A DNA stretch of 62,891 bases, filler included, from Rhabdomonas costata (taxonomy: Eukaryota), in NCBI GenBank assembly GCA_019059605.1. It is 36 parts of 36 records of this genome, joined end to end, with 100 filler letters (N's around TTAATTAATTAA, not from the genome) between each part and the next. Parts side by side here need not be neighbours in the genome. Positions count along the whole stretch, not along the records: positions 50,742 to 52,391 come from JAHMHO010011299.1; positions 52,492 to 54,142 come from JAHMHO010011300.1; positions 54,243 to 55,895 come from JAHMHO010011301.1; positions 55,996 to 57,644 come from JAHMHO010011302.1; positions 57,745 to 59,393 come from JAHMHO010011303.1; positions 59,494 to 61,142 come from JAHMHO010011304.1; positions 61,243 to 62,891 come from JAHMHO010011305.1; 29 more parts are not named here. The stretch is one strand, 5' to 3'. Both the position numbers and the translations under genes were made by a program. Below the pieces are notes generated by a model. That model was not told the origin of the DNA. It ran no database searches and saw only the letters and a program-made list of their open reading frames with translations. Positions 50,642 through 62,891 of the stretch are shown here, one piece after another (the first letter of the stretch is position 1; every line of letters starts with the position of its first letter).

Positions 50642-53486
50642 NNNNNNNNNNNNNNNNNNNNNNNNNNNNNNNNNNNNNNNNNNNNTTAATTAATTAANNN
50701 NNNNNNNNNNNNNNNNNNNNNNNNNNNNNNNNNNNNNNNNNCTGTTAATAATGATGCTCCTTTGTGTCCCCAGCTCAGTGCCCTCATCTGCACTGCTGCC
50801 CTGCACGCTACCAAATCAAAACAAACCGTTTTGTTTCCCCTTCCCATCTTTTCGTTCCTCCTTGTACTGTTTGTTTGTTGCCGAACTCCTGAACTCCGGT
50901 GATGAAAACACATTAATCCAGTTTTAAATTAACTATCGGACGTAACGGATGGAACGACAAGTAACGTCGTTTTAGGTGGTGCGGGATCGTCGGAAAATAT
51001 ATACTGTAAGCGCGTTGTTGATTTTGTTTGGTCTTGTTGATACCGGACCACGCTTGATACCGGACCACGCTGTCAGCTGCTTTGTGTGGTCGGTGTGTTG
51101 TTTAAGTGAATGTATTTTTGTCACTAAGCCTTATGGGTGCGCTATTGGCACCCCGGCATGCCGTGTCTTTTACTCATCTCAAAGAAATAGGACGCAATAG
51201 ATTATTACTGTTAGGTTCTCTCTCTCTCTCTCTCTCTCTCGGTCTTCGAATGTCAACACTTCCGTTTTACTTCAACCTCACCATCACACGGAGGAGGGTG
51301 ACGACCGGACAGTGCATCAGGGCCCCAGGTTGACCACGGGACGAGCCAGCGGTCACCGAGGCAGTACTCTGGTCCTTGATGAGGAGGGGGTCAAACACCA
51401 CGGCGATGCAGGCGCTTCCACGCGTTAGCAGCCAACTTCAGCCTCTGCCAAGACGCTCTGCAGCTTTGCGAGTTTGCGAACCAACTTTTGACCTTTCGAA
51501 CCCCAGGCACCCGTGGCACCCATCTGACAGCACCTCCAGCCCGCCTCGGCACAGCGCAGGCCCTTGGCCACCCTCTTTAATTTCTCCATCTGCTCCGCCA
51601 GGACCCCGCGGACCACGGCCGCGAAGTTGCACAAAAGCTGCAGCGGCCGGTAGCGGTGGGTCCGAGAACGAGATCAGCACGTCGGCTGGGTGCTCAAAGG
51701 AGGCAAAGGAAGGTCGGTAGTGGCAGTCAGACCTGCTGGACGGCGTAAAGGCCACAGGCTGAGCATCCCACAGCATCTCCAAGGGGTCAAGAGGGGGAGC
51801 GCAACCCCCGCAGTGGAAGTTGCACCCCGCAAAACGGGCGGTACATTTTGCAAACGTCGCTGAGGAGAAGACTTCTTTCAGCCCACTCTGTCCTCCCAAT
51901 CCATGACGGCCAACTGCTAATTATAACTTTCTTTCAAACGCGTCTCAACGCAATTTCGGTGGTGTTAAAAGCGGAGTTAAATAGAGATTTGGTGGGGCTT
52001 GGTGTGCCCCCCCCCCTTCCTGTCGACACTGTCGTCAAAAAAGACGATAGCGTTAACTATCATCATTTAAAAGACGATAGTAAACACTATCGTCTTTTTT
52101 ACAGTACTATCGTCTTTCAAAAAGACGTTCTTTTGACTTCTATCGCCTCGCCTTTTGAAAGACGATAGTAGTTCAAAAATGTTGATGGTGCTTACTATCA
52201 TATTTTCTGATAGTCTTCACTATGGTCTTTTTTCTGGCATCCCAAATTGGACACTCTCCATTGAACTTTAATTCAATGTTGTCATTATCGGGCATCAAAG
52301 AACAACCATCCTTGAGAAAATTGCCTTGGTCATGACAACATTGAATTAAAGTTCAATGGAGAGTGTCCAATTTGGGATGCCAGAAAAAAAANNNNNNNNN
52401 NNNNNNNNNNNNNNNNNNNNNNNNNNNNNNNNNNNTTAATTAATTAANNNNNNNNNNNNNNNNNNNNNNNNNNNNNNNNNNNNNNNNNNNNGGGGGTGTG
52501 GGCACTGCGCAGAAAAACAAAGACTGAACTCAGTGAGGAAAAGATTACACACAGTGAGCAAAATTAGAGGAAGCGCCGGAAAAGCGATTCAGGAAAACAA
52601 AAAGTCGTTGGGGGCCTCAGATTAGCATGGTCACTCGAGTCATTCACGGGAGGACACCCTCGCAGGGATGCCCCCCGTGCAATCAAAAGTTCAGTGGGTG
52701 TCATCACGACTCGGGATTTCACCGGGCAGGAAAAGCAGACGCGTAATAAACCATACGCTTAAGTTAGTTAAATATACAGCAATGAATTTACTTTAAAACA
52801 CTCAAATTTTCTTCCCCTTTAAGAGAGAGAGAGAGGTCTAAGCCGAAGCAACCTGGGGTTTTTCGTAAAAGCAGGTCTCCCGAAACGCTAATTTTTCTGT
52901 ATTTCTGCTCACAAGATTTTCAGTGCATTTTTGTGCCACAATGCGCCATAAAACGAAGTTTTTTTGGGGGGGATCCTGATCCCCGCTACCCCTTTGCACC
53001 CCTGACCTTCTTCCTCTATTCATCCCCATCAGTTGGGATGCATTTCTTTTCCTTTCCAAACCAATTTGTTCAGGTTCCGACTTTTCTCTTGCTTTTCTGT
53101 TTGTCTGCTTTCCTATCTTTTCCTTTCACTTCCCCAAACTTTCCTGAACTGACGTTTTGCACGTTTTGCGGAGGAGGATACCATCCTCCGCAAACTCTGT
53201 GCCCCGTTCCTGCTTCCCCAGCATTATGTGACAGGCAACCAAATGCGAAAGCAATTTGTTCAACTCATTGATGCACCCCTCCCCTGCTGCTAACACCCCC
53301 TCCCCATCCCGCGAGTCGCCGCAGCCGCAGAAGTGTATCAGTGTTCAGCCAAAAGCTCCGGACCCGGAGCAGTCTTGAGCCATGGCACCCCCATCCCTGT
53401 GCCAAGGGGAGAGATTGGCCGGACAGCATTGAGAAAGCAGGTTGTGTGAGTGAGGGCGTGAGGGTGTGAGAGGAGGTGCTCCAAAC

Positions 53487-53708
53487 TTGCCGGCGGCCGT
53501 ACAGCACCCGGGGAGGCTCCCAGCACTTTCCCATGGTAGTGTACGAGGTCACCGCAATGCCGTGCGTCTGGCAGAACGCTCGGAGCTCAGGCTGCGGGAG
53601 GAACACGTGGAGCTCCACCTGGTTGACGTGGGGCACCACCGAACAGCCAGCCTGTAACAGTTCCTCAAGATGGGCCACGGTGTAGTTGCTTACCCCAATC
53701 GCTCGGAC
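53487..53708 (-). CDS. Aldo-keto reductase internal exon
   Basis: GCAG|VRAIGVSNYTVAHLEELL...PHVNQVELHVFLPQPELRAFCQTHGIAVTSYTTMG contains the AKR signature IGVSN...NQVE; donor position approximate. Confidence 0.92.
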
Positions 53709-54242
53709 CTGCCAGGGACCCATGCAGCCATCAACCACACACACACACACACGCTTGTGCGTGTGTGTGTGTGTGTGTGGGGTATGATTAGCAGCTTTTT
53801 GTGCCCACTTTCAAGCCCGAGCCAATGGACGCGAATACTTGTTTATCCAGGGAGTTGAGGATGCCTTTGTTCACCCAAGACAATAATGCCCTCGCCACCA
53901 TAGGCCGAAAAGGGAATGCGTGCACATGGAACCACGCCTGAGGATTTCAAGGCAAGAATATATGGTAAAAGAACCAAATTGCAATGCAGGTAGGTACATG
54001 TTGCTTTGGGCAGTCCTGCTTCCATTCTCTTTCTGAGCGCATGTTCTTGATTACGCTCGCCAAGGCGTTCTCAGCACTCCTCAAGCACACCCGCACCAAC
54101 TGCAACGTTGCTGGGTACACCAACCACCCCAAACACACCCACNNNNNNNNNNNNNNNNNNNNNNNNNNNNNNNNNNNNNNNNNNNNTTAATTAATTAANN
54201 NNNNNNNNNNNNNNNNNNNNNNNNNNNNNNNNNNNNNNNNNN

Positions 54243-55895
54243 AGGTGTGAGAGAGACCGCTGCCCATCTCCATTGTGACTGTCTCCGTGTGATCGCTGCT
54301 AAAGGCCACCACCTTTCCTCTGGAGCCGTTGGGGATAATCCCTGTGGCAGTGGACGTGTTCTGCGTGACGGTCATATACTCATTTTTGATGACCTTGACG
54401 GTGTCAAAGAAGGAAGAAAACCTCTGCAGAAAACGGGCGTGCTTTGCGTCTCGAGTTTGCATCCAAGAGCCCGCCTTCAAGACGTAGTCGTGGCTCTTGA
54501 ACTCGATCTTCTCCGCGGTGCTGCTTTCGTACAGGGAGTCTCTTGCTTCAGTCACAGCTTGATGCGTTGTGAGAATCCAAGTGGCGTGGTTGGGGACACT
54601 TGACCTCGGAACGCGATGACAATGGGACTCCAGGGCATCCAGGATGCTGGTTGCCTGTGCCTCTGACAAGGCAGGAGTTCTCGCCGTGCGGATCTGTTGT
54701 TGCAGAACAGGATCTCCAAGAGATCGGAAGAGCTGCTTGAGTGGAATGGTTCGAAAGTGGAATTTCACGAACCAGGAGCGAAGCGGAGACGGTTCATCAA
54801 TCGGTTCAATTTGGTAATGATCTCCGCAGGCAACCACTGTCACCCCGCCGTACGGGAGGTCCACTTTCCTGATGAACCTGAGAAGCATGTCAATTGCAGC
54901 GTTCAGAATGGCGCCGACTTGAGCGAATTCATCAATAAAAAGAACTTGAAGAAGCTGGAGTCTTCGTTTTCGCTCGGGATAACGGGACAGTGTTTGCAAA
55001 GCTGAAGCTGCTAAGCTTGCTGCCGTGGACCTTTTTCCCTTTCCAGCGCGAAAACCGAAGAAAAGGTGAATGTGCACTCCTCCAACCTCCGCAGCACGGT
55101 GTGCAGACAGAGTGACAATTTCCCAAAGAACCTGAGTCTCTTGCCGTAAGCTCCGGGCCATGCTTTGAAGTATATATGTTTTTCCGACTCCAGGGCCGCC
55201 CGATATGTACACCGGAGAAAGTGAGGGCTGATTGTCCAAGCTAAGATCTCCAGCAAAAAACGGATGAAGGTGTGCCCGCAAGATCCCGAATGCTTGAGCT
55301 TGCTCTTGCCATGAATGTTCAGGCTGCCCTTCAGCTCTTCCCCATGGAGGAATACAGGAAAGAGCCTCAGAGTGTCGCTTGTCTGCATCCGAGATCATTT
55401 GTTCAAATGCTTGAAGGAATGTATCCGCCGCTTCCTTGTCATTGGATGCCCAAATCAACTCGAATGTGGGACGCGCGGAGCACACGTTCCAAACGGCCTC
55501 AATAATCTGGAACATTGTCCTGTAACCAATGGGCCAGTACCGCAGCTCTTCGAGGACGAAGTCGTGGATTAAAGCCAGTACGTGAGGAGGATTTTCCCGA
55601 GCTTCTTGAATGAATGTGCTGAGAAGCTTCTCCTCGTCTCCAAAGACGTTCGAGAGAATTGCTTTTTGCACAAACCATGCAGCAGGCTGAGACGGAGAGT
55701 ACCTGGGATGAACGACCACTGCATCAAGTAGTTCGAAACCCACAAGAGCAGACACCCATGTTGGAGGAGTAATTCCTGAGGTCAGCTTATCTCGAACCGC
55801 GGCTGAAAAAGTCAGGGCCAGCTCCGAATGTCCAAGCCTTTGAAAAAGGTGAAGTACAAGCCTTTGGTCGGCAGCAAAAGATGGTCCCAACAAAA
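54243..55895 (-). CDS. PIF1-family (SF1B) DNA helicase, intronless fragment, likely mobile-element encoded
   Basis: ORF open across the whole contig; motif I GGPGVGKT, Ia-like AAEVGGVHIHLFF, II FIDE, PYGGVTVVACGDHYQIEP (III), LKQLFRSLGDP (IV) and NGSRGKV. Confidence 0.88.
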
Positions 55896-57839
55896 NNNNN
55901 NNNNNNNNNNNNNNNNNNNNNNNNNNNNNNNNNNNNNNNTTAATTAATTAANNNNNNNNNNNNNNNNNNNNNNNNNNNNNNNNNNNNNNNNNNNNTTGTT
56001 GTTGGAAAGTTGTTGCCGTTGGTTGTGCTTTTTTTTTTCGTTGTGCCCTTAGGCTTTTGGCGCAGGGTTGTTGCGCGCCGCATTTGGCGTGTTTCGTGTT
56101 CTAGTTTCCGGTTGCTCCCCATGTTGAGGACTGGCTTTTCCACCAGTCTTTAAGGAATGATGGCGGCGCGTCGGGGTGAAGGTCAACAGTGCAGGCTTTT
56201 GTGTTTTCACCGCTCAACTGTCGAGGTACCAGTGGCTTCAAATACAAGCACCCACTTGTTGTGAGAACAATAACGTTACATTCGTTGTGTTTAAAACCCC
56301 TCAATGCACACTGGCTGATTTGGCTTCTTCACGAAAGAAAAAAAACAGAAAAAGAGGCCTGGTGTTGAGCACAGCAACGCTTACCCACGGAGCGGAGGAT
56401 GCATCACTTTGGTCCCCATCTCCCATATTTTCTGAACGCTGCAATCAGGAACGCTATTGACAGAGATAATGTACAACACATAGTGCGGGCGCTTCAACAA
56501 AAATGCCAAAAACAACGTAGACGATAAACATGGATGACCCCATTACACAACTGGGCCGCAAGTTAAGCAACCACATCGGCCCAGAAAAAGGTCAAGGAGA
56601 GGCTCCCGCAGCCCCACTACGTGCTCGATCGCCTCAGCGAGCCAAGTCCCAATTCTACTAGACACTCTGCACCTTCGGGCGCTTCCGAGTCGGAGGGAAG
56701 CGCGGGAGGTACAGGAGAGCTTGCGGGGGCTGTCGAAGACTGCGCACGACCAGCACCACGCCAGCCACTCGCTCCGGCTCCCGTTGTAGTGCTTTGAGCC
56801 CAAAAAGGCCCTTGAGGCTCACGTGCCTCTGCAAGCCCTCCAACACAGCCCGCGACGGAGGCAACGGAGGCAGCCGAAGTGTTTCCGCGGCTTTCACAGA
56901 AACAGAGAAAACGGCAAAGATAGAAACATGTCCCCCCCAAAAAGATATCGTTGCACAACAGAACCCCCTTGCCCTAGTCAATGCACGGCAGCTATGTCTG
57001 ACTCGAAAAGTACCAGCAACAGCTCGAAACCAGAGGCCTCCGGGATCACACCGACCGCCTGCAGCCAATTCGGAGTTGTGTACCAGACCCAACCACGATT
57101 TTGGAGAAAACAAACGTGTTCATTTGATTGTCCCGTGTGTGCCGCATTTCCCACATTGAAAATGTCAACACTTCTGGAATACTTCTGGAATGGACGAAGA
57201 GAAGGAGGGAATCCACCAGGAATCAGTTTATGAACCATGTTAGGAATTGGGCTTTGTACACTGTATTTTGCTGCTATTTCGACAACAAACGTATAAACGT
57301 ACAGAGACACACACCACAAGCATGACATACCTGGACGTGGCGGCTGCGGCCACGGGCAGGGGCAGGGGAATAGCCAGGGCCAGAGCGGAGCAGCGGGCCT
57401 CCTCGAGCTGCCGCAGCGCCAGCTCCATCCGAGCACGGCGCGCTGCACTTTTTTCTGCGCCCACGCCCGCACCCCGCACAACAAATCAAATGAAGGGGCA
57501 CGCCCACAGACACAAAACTCGTATGGTAATGGTGTTGCCGATTTTGCCTTTTTTCCCTGCGAGCCAAAAACAGAAAGGTCACCTTTCAAACAATGAGAAT
57601 GCTGAATGCTGAATGGATGCGGCTGGAAAATTTTCCACCCACAANNNNNNNNNNNNNNNNNNNNNNNNNNNNNNNNNNNNNNNNNNNNTTAATTAATTAA
57701 NNNNNNNNNNNNNNNNNNNNNNNNNNNNNNNNNNNNNNNNNNNNTTGTGTGCTGTTCAGCTGGAGCTTTGCATTTTCACCTGGTTCTCCTGCTATGGTGT
57801 GGTCCTGGGTGGGCGTGTGTGTGTGGGGGGTATTTCAAG

Positions 57840-58600
57840 GTGGATCCAGGCAAGCTTCTGGCTGGAAGCCTAGCTAATGCCATGGGCACCATCGTGGGAA
57901 ATCCCTTGGACGTGATCAAGACACGAATCCAGATGGATACCGGTACGCCCCAGGACCCTGTGTGTGCGTGCTGCTGTGCAACAGCGCACCCTGTTGTGGG
58001 TAGCCCGAGCGTGGCGTTCCTTCTATTTCCACTCGTGCAGGATGATAAAGTTTTAACTTCGCGAGGCACAGTATTTTGTAGCGTGCACTTGGTTTTTAAA
58101 CCGATAAGGCACCAGTACAGCGTCAGCAACAGTCCAGCGTCCAATGACCACCACACAGAGGTCTGGAAATTGAGAGGGCACATCGGTCGTCCGATGGAAA
58201 CGAGAAAGGGGAGCGAATAGAGAAGAATACGAGGAGAGAAAACGAGGAGCAAACCGAACAAATCCGCAGCGGCGGACAGAATTGTGATGCATGCCCCTTC
58301 CCCCCCTCTCTGATGGTTGACCCGTCTCTTGCCACCTTTTCTGTGCTGCCTTTCGCTCGCCGCTCCGCATTGCTCACAGGGAATGCCCACTACAAGGGCT
58401 TCTGGGATGCTTTCCGTCGGCTGTGGGCCGCAGAGGGCCTTCGGGGAATGACCCGAGGGCTGCTCCCGGACCTCTGTTCCAGCCTCTTCATTGGCGCCTG
58501 GGGCGCGATGACCTACGAGCTGGTCCTCCACCTTAGCCTCAAGAAGCCCCAAGCTTCCGCAGACTCCACCTCAAAACCTCCCGCAGGGGGTGCCACCTAG
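57840..58600 (+). CDS. Mitochondrial carrier (SLC25) family protein, last two exons
   Basis: Exon 57840-57942 has the signature PLDVIKTRIQ; phase-1 GT-AG intron; exon 58380-58600 reads YKGFWDAFRRLWAAEGLRGMTRGL...stop. Confidence 0.93.
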
Positions 58601-59520
58601 TGACGGATAGCAGCTCGCAGTGAGCTTCGCTCTGGCAGCGCCCCGAAATTCGCAACACGGATGACATTTGCAAGTGGCGGTCCTTGCTAGGCGTGGAATT
58701 CCGCTGCGACGATTGGATGGGTGAGGGAGGAAGTTTGACAGGTTGTGTGGGCCATTGTTCGGAGGCATCTAATTTCTTTGCAAAGATTCTCAGGTTCTCT
58801 TAGCACTGCTGAGGAAGGACCAGTAGTCGGAGAATCAATATCTCGCTCCTGTTCTGTGTCGGAGGCTTCTGACAGGGTCGCATTGGGTGAGGGATTCGTG
58901 GCGAGGGGTTTGAACTCCTCCCCGCTTTTACATGTCTGTGCTTGCCGCTGGTCAGAACTAGCCGGAGATGGCGGTGTACCCTGCTCGCGGGCATCTGTTT
59001 TCTTTCGGTGCAGGCTATCTCCCGGGGTGAGCTGAAGCGGCAAGTCGCAGCAGAAACAGACGAACGAAAGACAGTGGAGGGAGATGGCTGGAATGGGGCG
59101 AGTGCAGGTTGCAGCTAATCACCTGAACGACGAAAAATCGATGTTGACTTTTTGCGGAAGAACGCCTCGTCCCTTTTTGTCGGGGAAGGGGGTTGTCGCA
59201 GTCGGCCCGCCCATTTGGGTGAAATGTGCCGTCTACATGTTACGGTGGTGGGCTAAGTCTCTTGAGGAGTCGTTTGGGGCCCGTGTGCTGCTGGGGTGAA
59301 GATCAGGTCGCCACAGCTCAGGCCGCCGGCCTACACCATTACTCATCCACTTCCTCTTTGGCTGGTCTTCAAACCCCTGCCTGGCACCCCCACNNNNNNN
59401 NNNNNNNNNNNNNNNNNNNNNNNNNNNNNNNNNNNNNTTAATTAATTAANNNNNNNNNNNNNNNNNNNNNNNNNNNNNNNNNNNNNNNNNNNNAACACAT
59501 CACAAATTCCTAGTCTATCA

Positions 59521-59720
59521 TTAACAAATGTCAACAGTCTTGTGGGCTAGGTACGGACTCCACTGCCAGCCAAAGGGAAGCGCGCGTGTGGAAAAGGAGA
59601 TGGACGCGTTGTGGGAATCAAGTGTAAAGCAAAAGACACCGGATACAGAGGGAGACAGGTTGATGGACCAAAGCAATTCTTTAGGTCCAGTTTTGTGAAG
59701 AAGAGATTGGTAGCAGGGAA
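59521..59720 (-). pseudogene. Frameshifted reverse transcriptase fragment, DIRS/tyrosine-recombinase retrotransposon type
   Basis: LFFTKLDLKNCF and WSINL...FSTRALPFGWQWSPYLAHK lie in adjacent frames (one T missing near 59670). 'DLKxxF' and 'LPFGWxxSP' are RT motifs. Confidence 0.75.
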
Positions 59721-61417
59721 GCAAGCGAGGGAAGGGGGGGGTTTGGGCTGACGGTGTGGGCGACAGCGGCCAGAAACGTACGAGTGGACTGCGGTGGCGA
59801 CGTGGAGGACATAGTTGTCAATGAGGGGAGGGGAGGGAGGATTGAGCTCTTGCAAGATGGGCGGGTTTGGTGGAATGTTGGTCACGGGGACACCGCACGC
59901 CGCAGCAGCCGTGTCAAACAGCCAAGTGGCACTATGCCTCGACAGTGAAGCAGAAGAACGAAACCCAGGCCAACGGGGGAAGTTTGGGCGAGTCTCGCCC
60001 AAGTGCCGTTCTTCTGACGCATCAGGACAATTTCATTGTCGACTTCAGCGATGTTGAAAACGGGTGAGAGAAGTTTGATAATATGCTGTGGGTGGCCCAT
60101 TTCTATGGTCGTGCAAAATCACCATGACAACATGGTGCACACCAACTGCCCTCTTCCCTGCAAAAAGCGGTGGGACAGCGACCCGCGAAACGAGCCCGCG
60201 ACGTTCTTGAAGAACAAAGCCTTGCCCGCACGATATGCTCTTTCCAACGCTCCATTGCAGAGCGAGGCCTTTTGAACCCAAAGGCACTAACATAAACCTT
60301 GTTCCACATCGGGGTAATCAACCCCACAGACTGTGGCAAGTCGAGTGCAGATTGAGGGATCGACGTAACTTCGAGCACGTGCACCGCACCTGACTGAGCA
60401 AAAGGCAACATCTCCATCATCAGTCGCAGGCAGTGAATCATCCTCGGAAGGCCCACAGCTCAGTAACTGACCGTTCCGGCCTACTCCTCCCACCTTTTAG
60501 CTGTGTCTGGGGTAACGAAGTGCGTTACGAGACTTTGTTCGACAGGCACGACAGGCGATGGCATGGGAAACTCCCCCGGCCTTGCCATCGCTTTACCACA
60601 CCGTTTCCTCCGTAAGTGCATAAGTATGCCCTCAGCGGTGACAAAGTCAGAGGGTATGGGTTTATACCCCCCCTCACTTATAACTATTTATACCAGTTAT
60701 ATATATAGCAGTTTCATATAAAAAGATAAAAACAGTCAATTAGTGGAGCAACTTCAAAGTTCACCTAACTCCCCGCTTCTGTCTGGCTCTCATTGTATTG
60801 CACTTGAGGGAGCCGCTCGGGGATGCGTCCAGGATGCACAGAAAGACCTGCTGGCTGTACTGGACCTTGGGGATGTTGAAGCGCGCATGGTGTTAGTGTT
60901 GATGATTTTGTTGGGGTATGCCACTCTGTTCTGTGAAAAAGAGGCTGAGGTGCTCCTTCGCTGGGCTAAGTTAATTGTAGCTGCGCAGAAGCTGTGCTCC
61001 CACTGCCAAGGTGAGCTGTCTTTAGTGCCTGCAACGTTACTTGGAAGGCGAGCGCGGTCTTGTTCGGTTGTTGTTCCTCCGTCCTGCTGTGTATATAACT
61101 GGTATAAATAGTTATAAGTGAGGGGGGGTATAAACCCCAACCNNNNNNNNNNNNNNNNNNNNNNNNNNNNNNNNNNNNNNNNNNNNTTAATTAATTAANN
61201 NNNNNNNNNNNNNNNNNNNNNNNNNNNNNNNNNNNNNNNNNNTGTTTGTGGGTCGCTTGAAAGCGGCACATTGCTGGAAAAGAGCGAGCTCTGTTTGGGA
61301 CTCACCGATTGATTCGAGTGCACGTCTCCACTGCTCTGTTTCTTGCAAAGATGGCAAATTCTGAATCATTTGCTTCCTCGGCAGAGATCTTGGTGTTTCC
61401 CTTTCCTTGATTTCCAG

Positions 61418-62825
61418 GTGCGAATGTCAACCTGGCAACGGCGGACACTGGCACCACTCCGCTGTGGAACGCTTCGTTTTATGGCCGAACTCAAACCGCA
61501 ACCCTGCTTCTGCAGCACGGTATGCTTTTTTTTGGGATTTGATGAGCGGCAAATGTTGTACATTCAATGGGCTATGCTAACCACACATCCGCTCGCCCTG
61601 AATCGGTGGTGCATTCTGGTGCATCGGTCGCAGCTGCAAAATCTCGCTGCACCCATATCCTCTGCCGAGGTCAAAGGCCGCTTCAAAGCTGCTCTTGACC
61701 GTGTCAGGACAGTTTGGAACCCTGCGCCGTATCTCACGCGCTTCGTGCAGGCGCAAGCGTGAATCAGCCCACGACGGACTTCGGCACCAGTCCACTTTGG
61801 ATCGCCTCCTACAAGGGCGTACTTGGACTCGCCGAGCTGCTTCTGCAGCACGGTATGCTTCAAACGGGTGGTAAAGCCCTGGCAATGCCTGGGGGCATGG
61901 AGCAGGGGTGGCCGGGATCGGTCGGATCGGGAAGGCGGCAGAAGGCAGCGGAGCGTCCCACAGGCCGGGCTGTTGTGGTGGGGGGGAGCGTTGGACGTTT
62001 AGCACGGTTAAGCGGTCGTAATTTTAATTTCGTCATCTGGGGGCACAGTTTTATATTCCCCCTGGGAAAATAACTTCCCCAACACGCGAAAAACATTTGG
62101 GGTTAACGGTTTTAAACGTTAAGTTTCAAAACTCAAATTTGCGTGCCACGTTCGGCCTCATCCGTCCGCTCCTTTCGCCGCCAGCGGCCTGGCTTCCGCC
62201 CTAAAATATGGCCCGCGTTACCTCAAAAGTAAGAGGTGACCGTATGAGGTTAAAATCAGCTTGAAAGAATAAGCATAACCGATGCACCGGAGCCCAGTTT
62301 TTTCACCACCCGTTTTAGCTTTTCAAGTCCGAAAACGCCTGATTTAGTGCACACTTCTGTAAGTTGTGCCTTTTTGAGGTGACGCGGACAATAATTCTGT
62401 CCCAGTATATCTAGCGTAGTTAAACCTTAACTGATTTATCCCGATGGTCCCCACGGGTCTGCTTCACAGCGTCAGTCAGAAAGGTTATGTAGTCCAGAAT
62501 TTTTGGGGTAAAACATTCGTGATTTACGTAGTTGTGAGCTCATCAAAACATTCGCAGCATCACACAGCTTGGTGCTCGGGGTGCAGTAAGCGTCGAGTGG
62601 AGCATGCATTTCAGCGAACACTATTTCCGGCACGTCATCACGCCCTCGTTTAGCCCTCTCTCGGGGTGCTTGTTGGGGACTGCCTCGCCTTCCAGACCTG
62701 TCTTCTTTCAACCCTATCCTCAGGTGCGGACCCCAATCAGGCATCCTCGGACCTGGGCATGAGTCCGCTATACGTCGCCTCGCAGAACGGCTACGTTGAT
62801 TTGGCCTTGCTACTTCTGCAAAGCG
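61418..62825 (+). CDS. Ankyrin-repeat protein, three one-repeat exons
   Basis: Exons 61418-61519, 61751-61852 and 62724-62825, each 102 nt and phase 1: GANVN...TPLWNASFYG, GASVN...SPLWIASYKG, GADPN...SPLYVASQNG. Confidence 0.93.
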
Positions 62826-62891
62826 GTCGTGTGTGTAAGGATTGGGTGGAGATCAGTGAGAGTGAAACCAGGCAAACAGGAGAAAAGACCC

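Noticed and set aside
52228..52389. Inverted repeat with arms of about 58 bp
   Set aside because: Ends at the contig terminus; same fold-back pattern as the others.
54243..61142. Apparent co-location of PIF1 helicase, RT relic and TIR element as one system
   Set aside because: The helicase and RT are on different contigs separated by artificial spacers; adjacency carries no biological meaning.

Overview
This window is not one locus. It is 36 unrelated contigs of about 1.65 kb, joined by 35 artificial 100-nt spacers (44 N + TTAATTAATTAA + 44 N), so gene-neighbourhood inferences across spacers are invalid. Most contigs start with G/T-only and end with C/A-only runs, and five end in fold-back inversions, which points to whole-genome amplification with G/T-degenerate primers. 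The DNA is from an intron-rich eukaryote, probably a euglenid-like protist (inference). Recognisable spliced gene fragments: syntaxin, Cache-TM-HAMP receptor cyclase-like protein, class III nucleotide cyclase, histidine phosphatase, TM9SF, WD40, MOCS2B, kelch, LRR, GT2 glycosyltransferase, aldo-keto reductase, mitochondrial carrier and ankyrin. Mobile-element fragments: Gypsy gag, decayed Gypsy integrase, Merlin/IS1595 transposase, DIRS-type RT and an intronless PIF1 helicase ORF. The most notable biology is recurrent GC-AG introns with relaxed donors, plus the divergent PIF1 and Merlin elements. I found no support for a complete novel multi-gene system.
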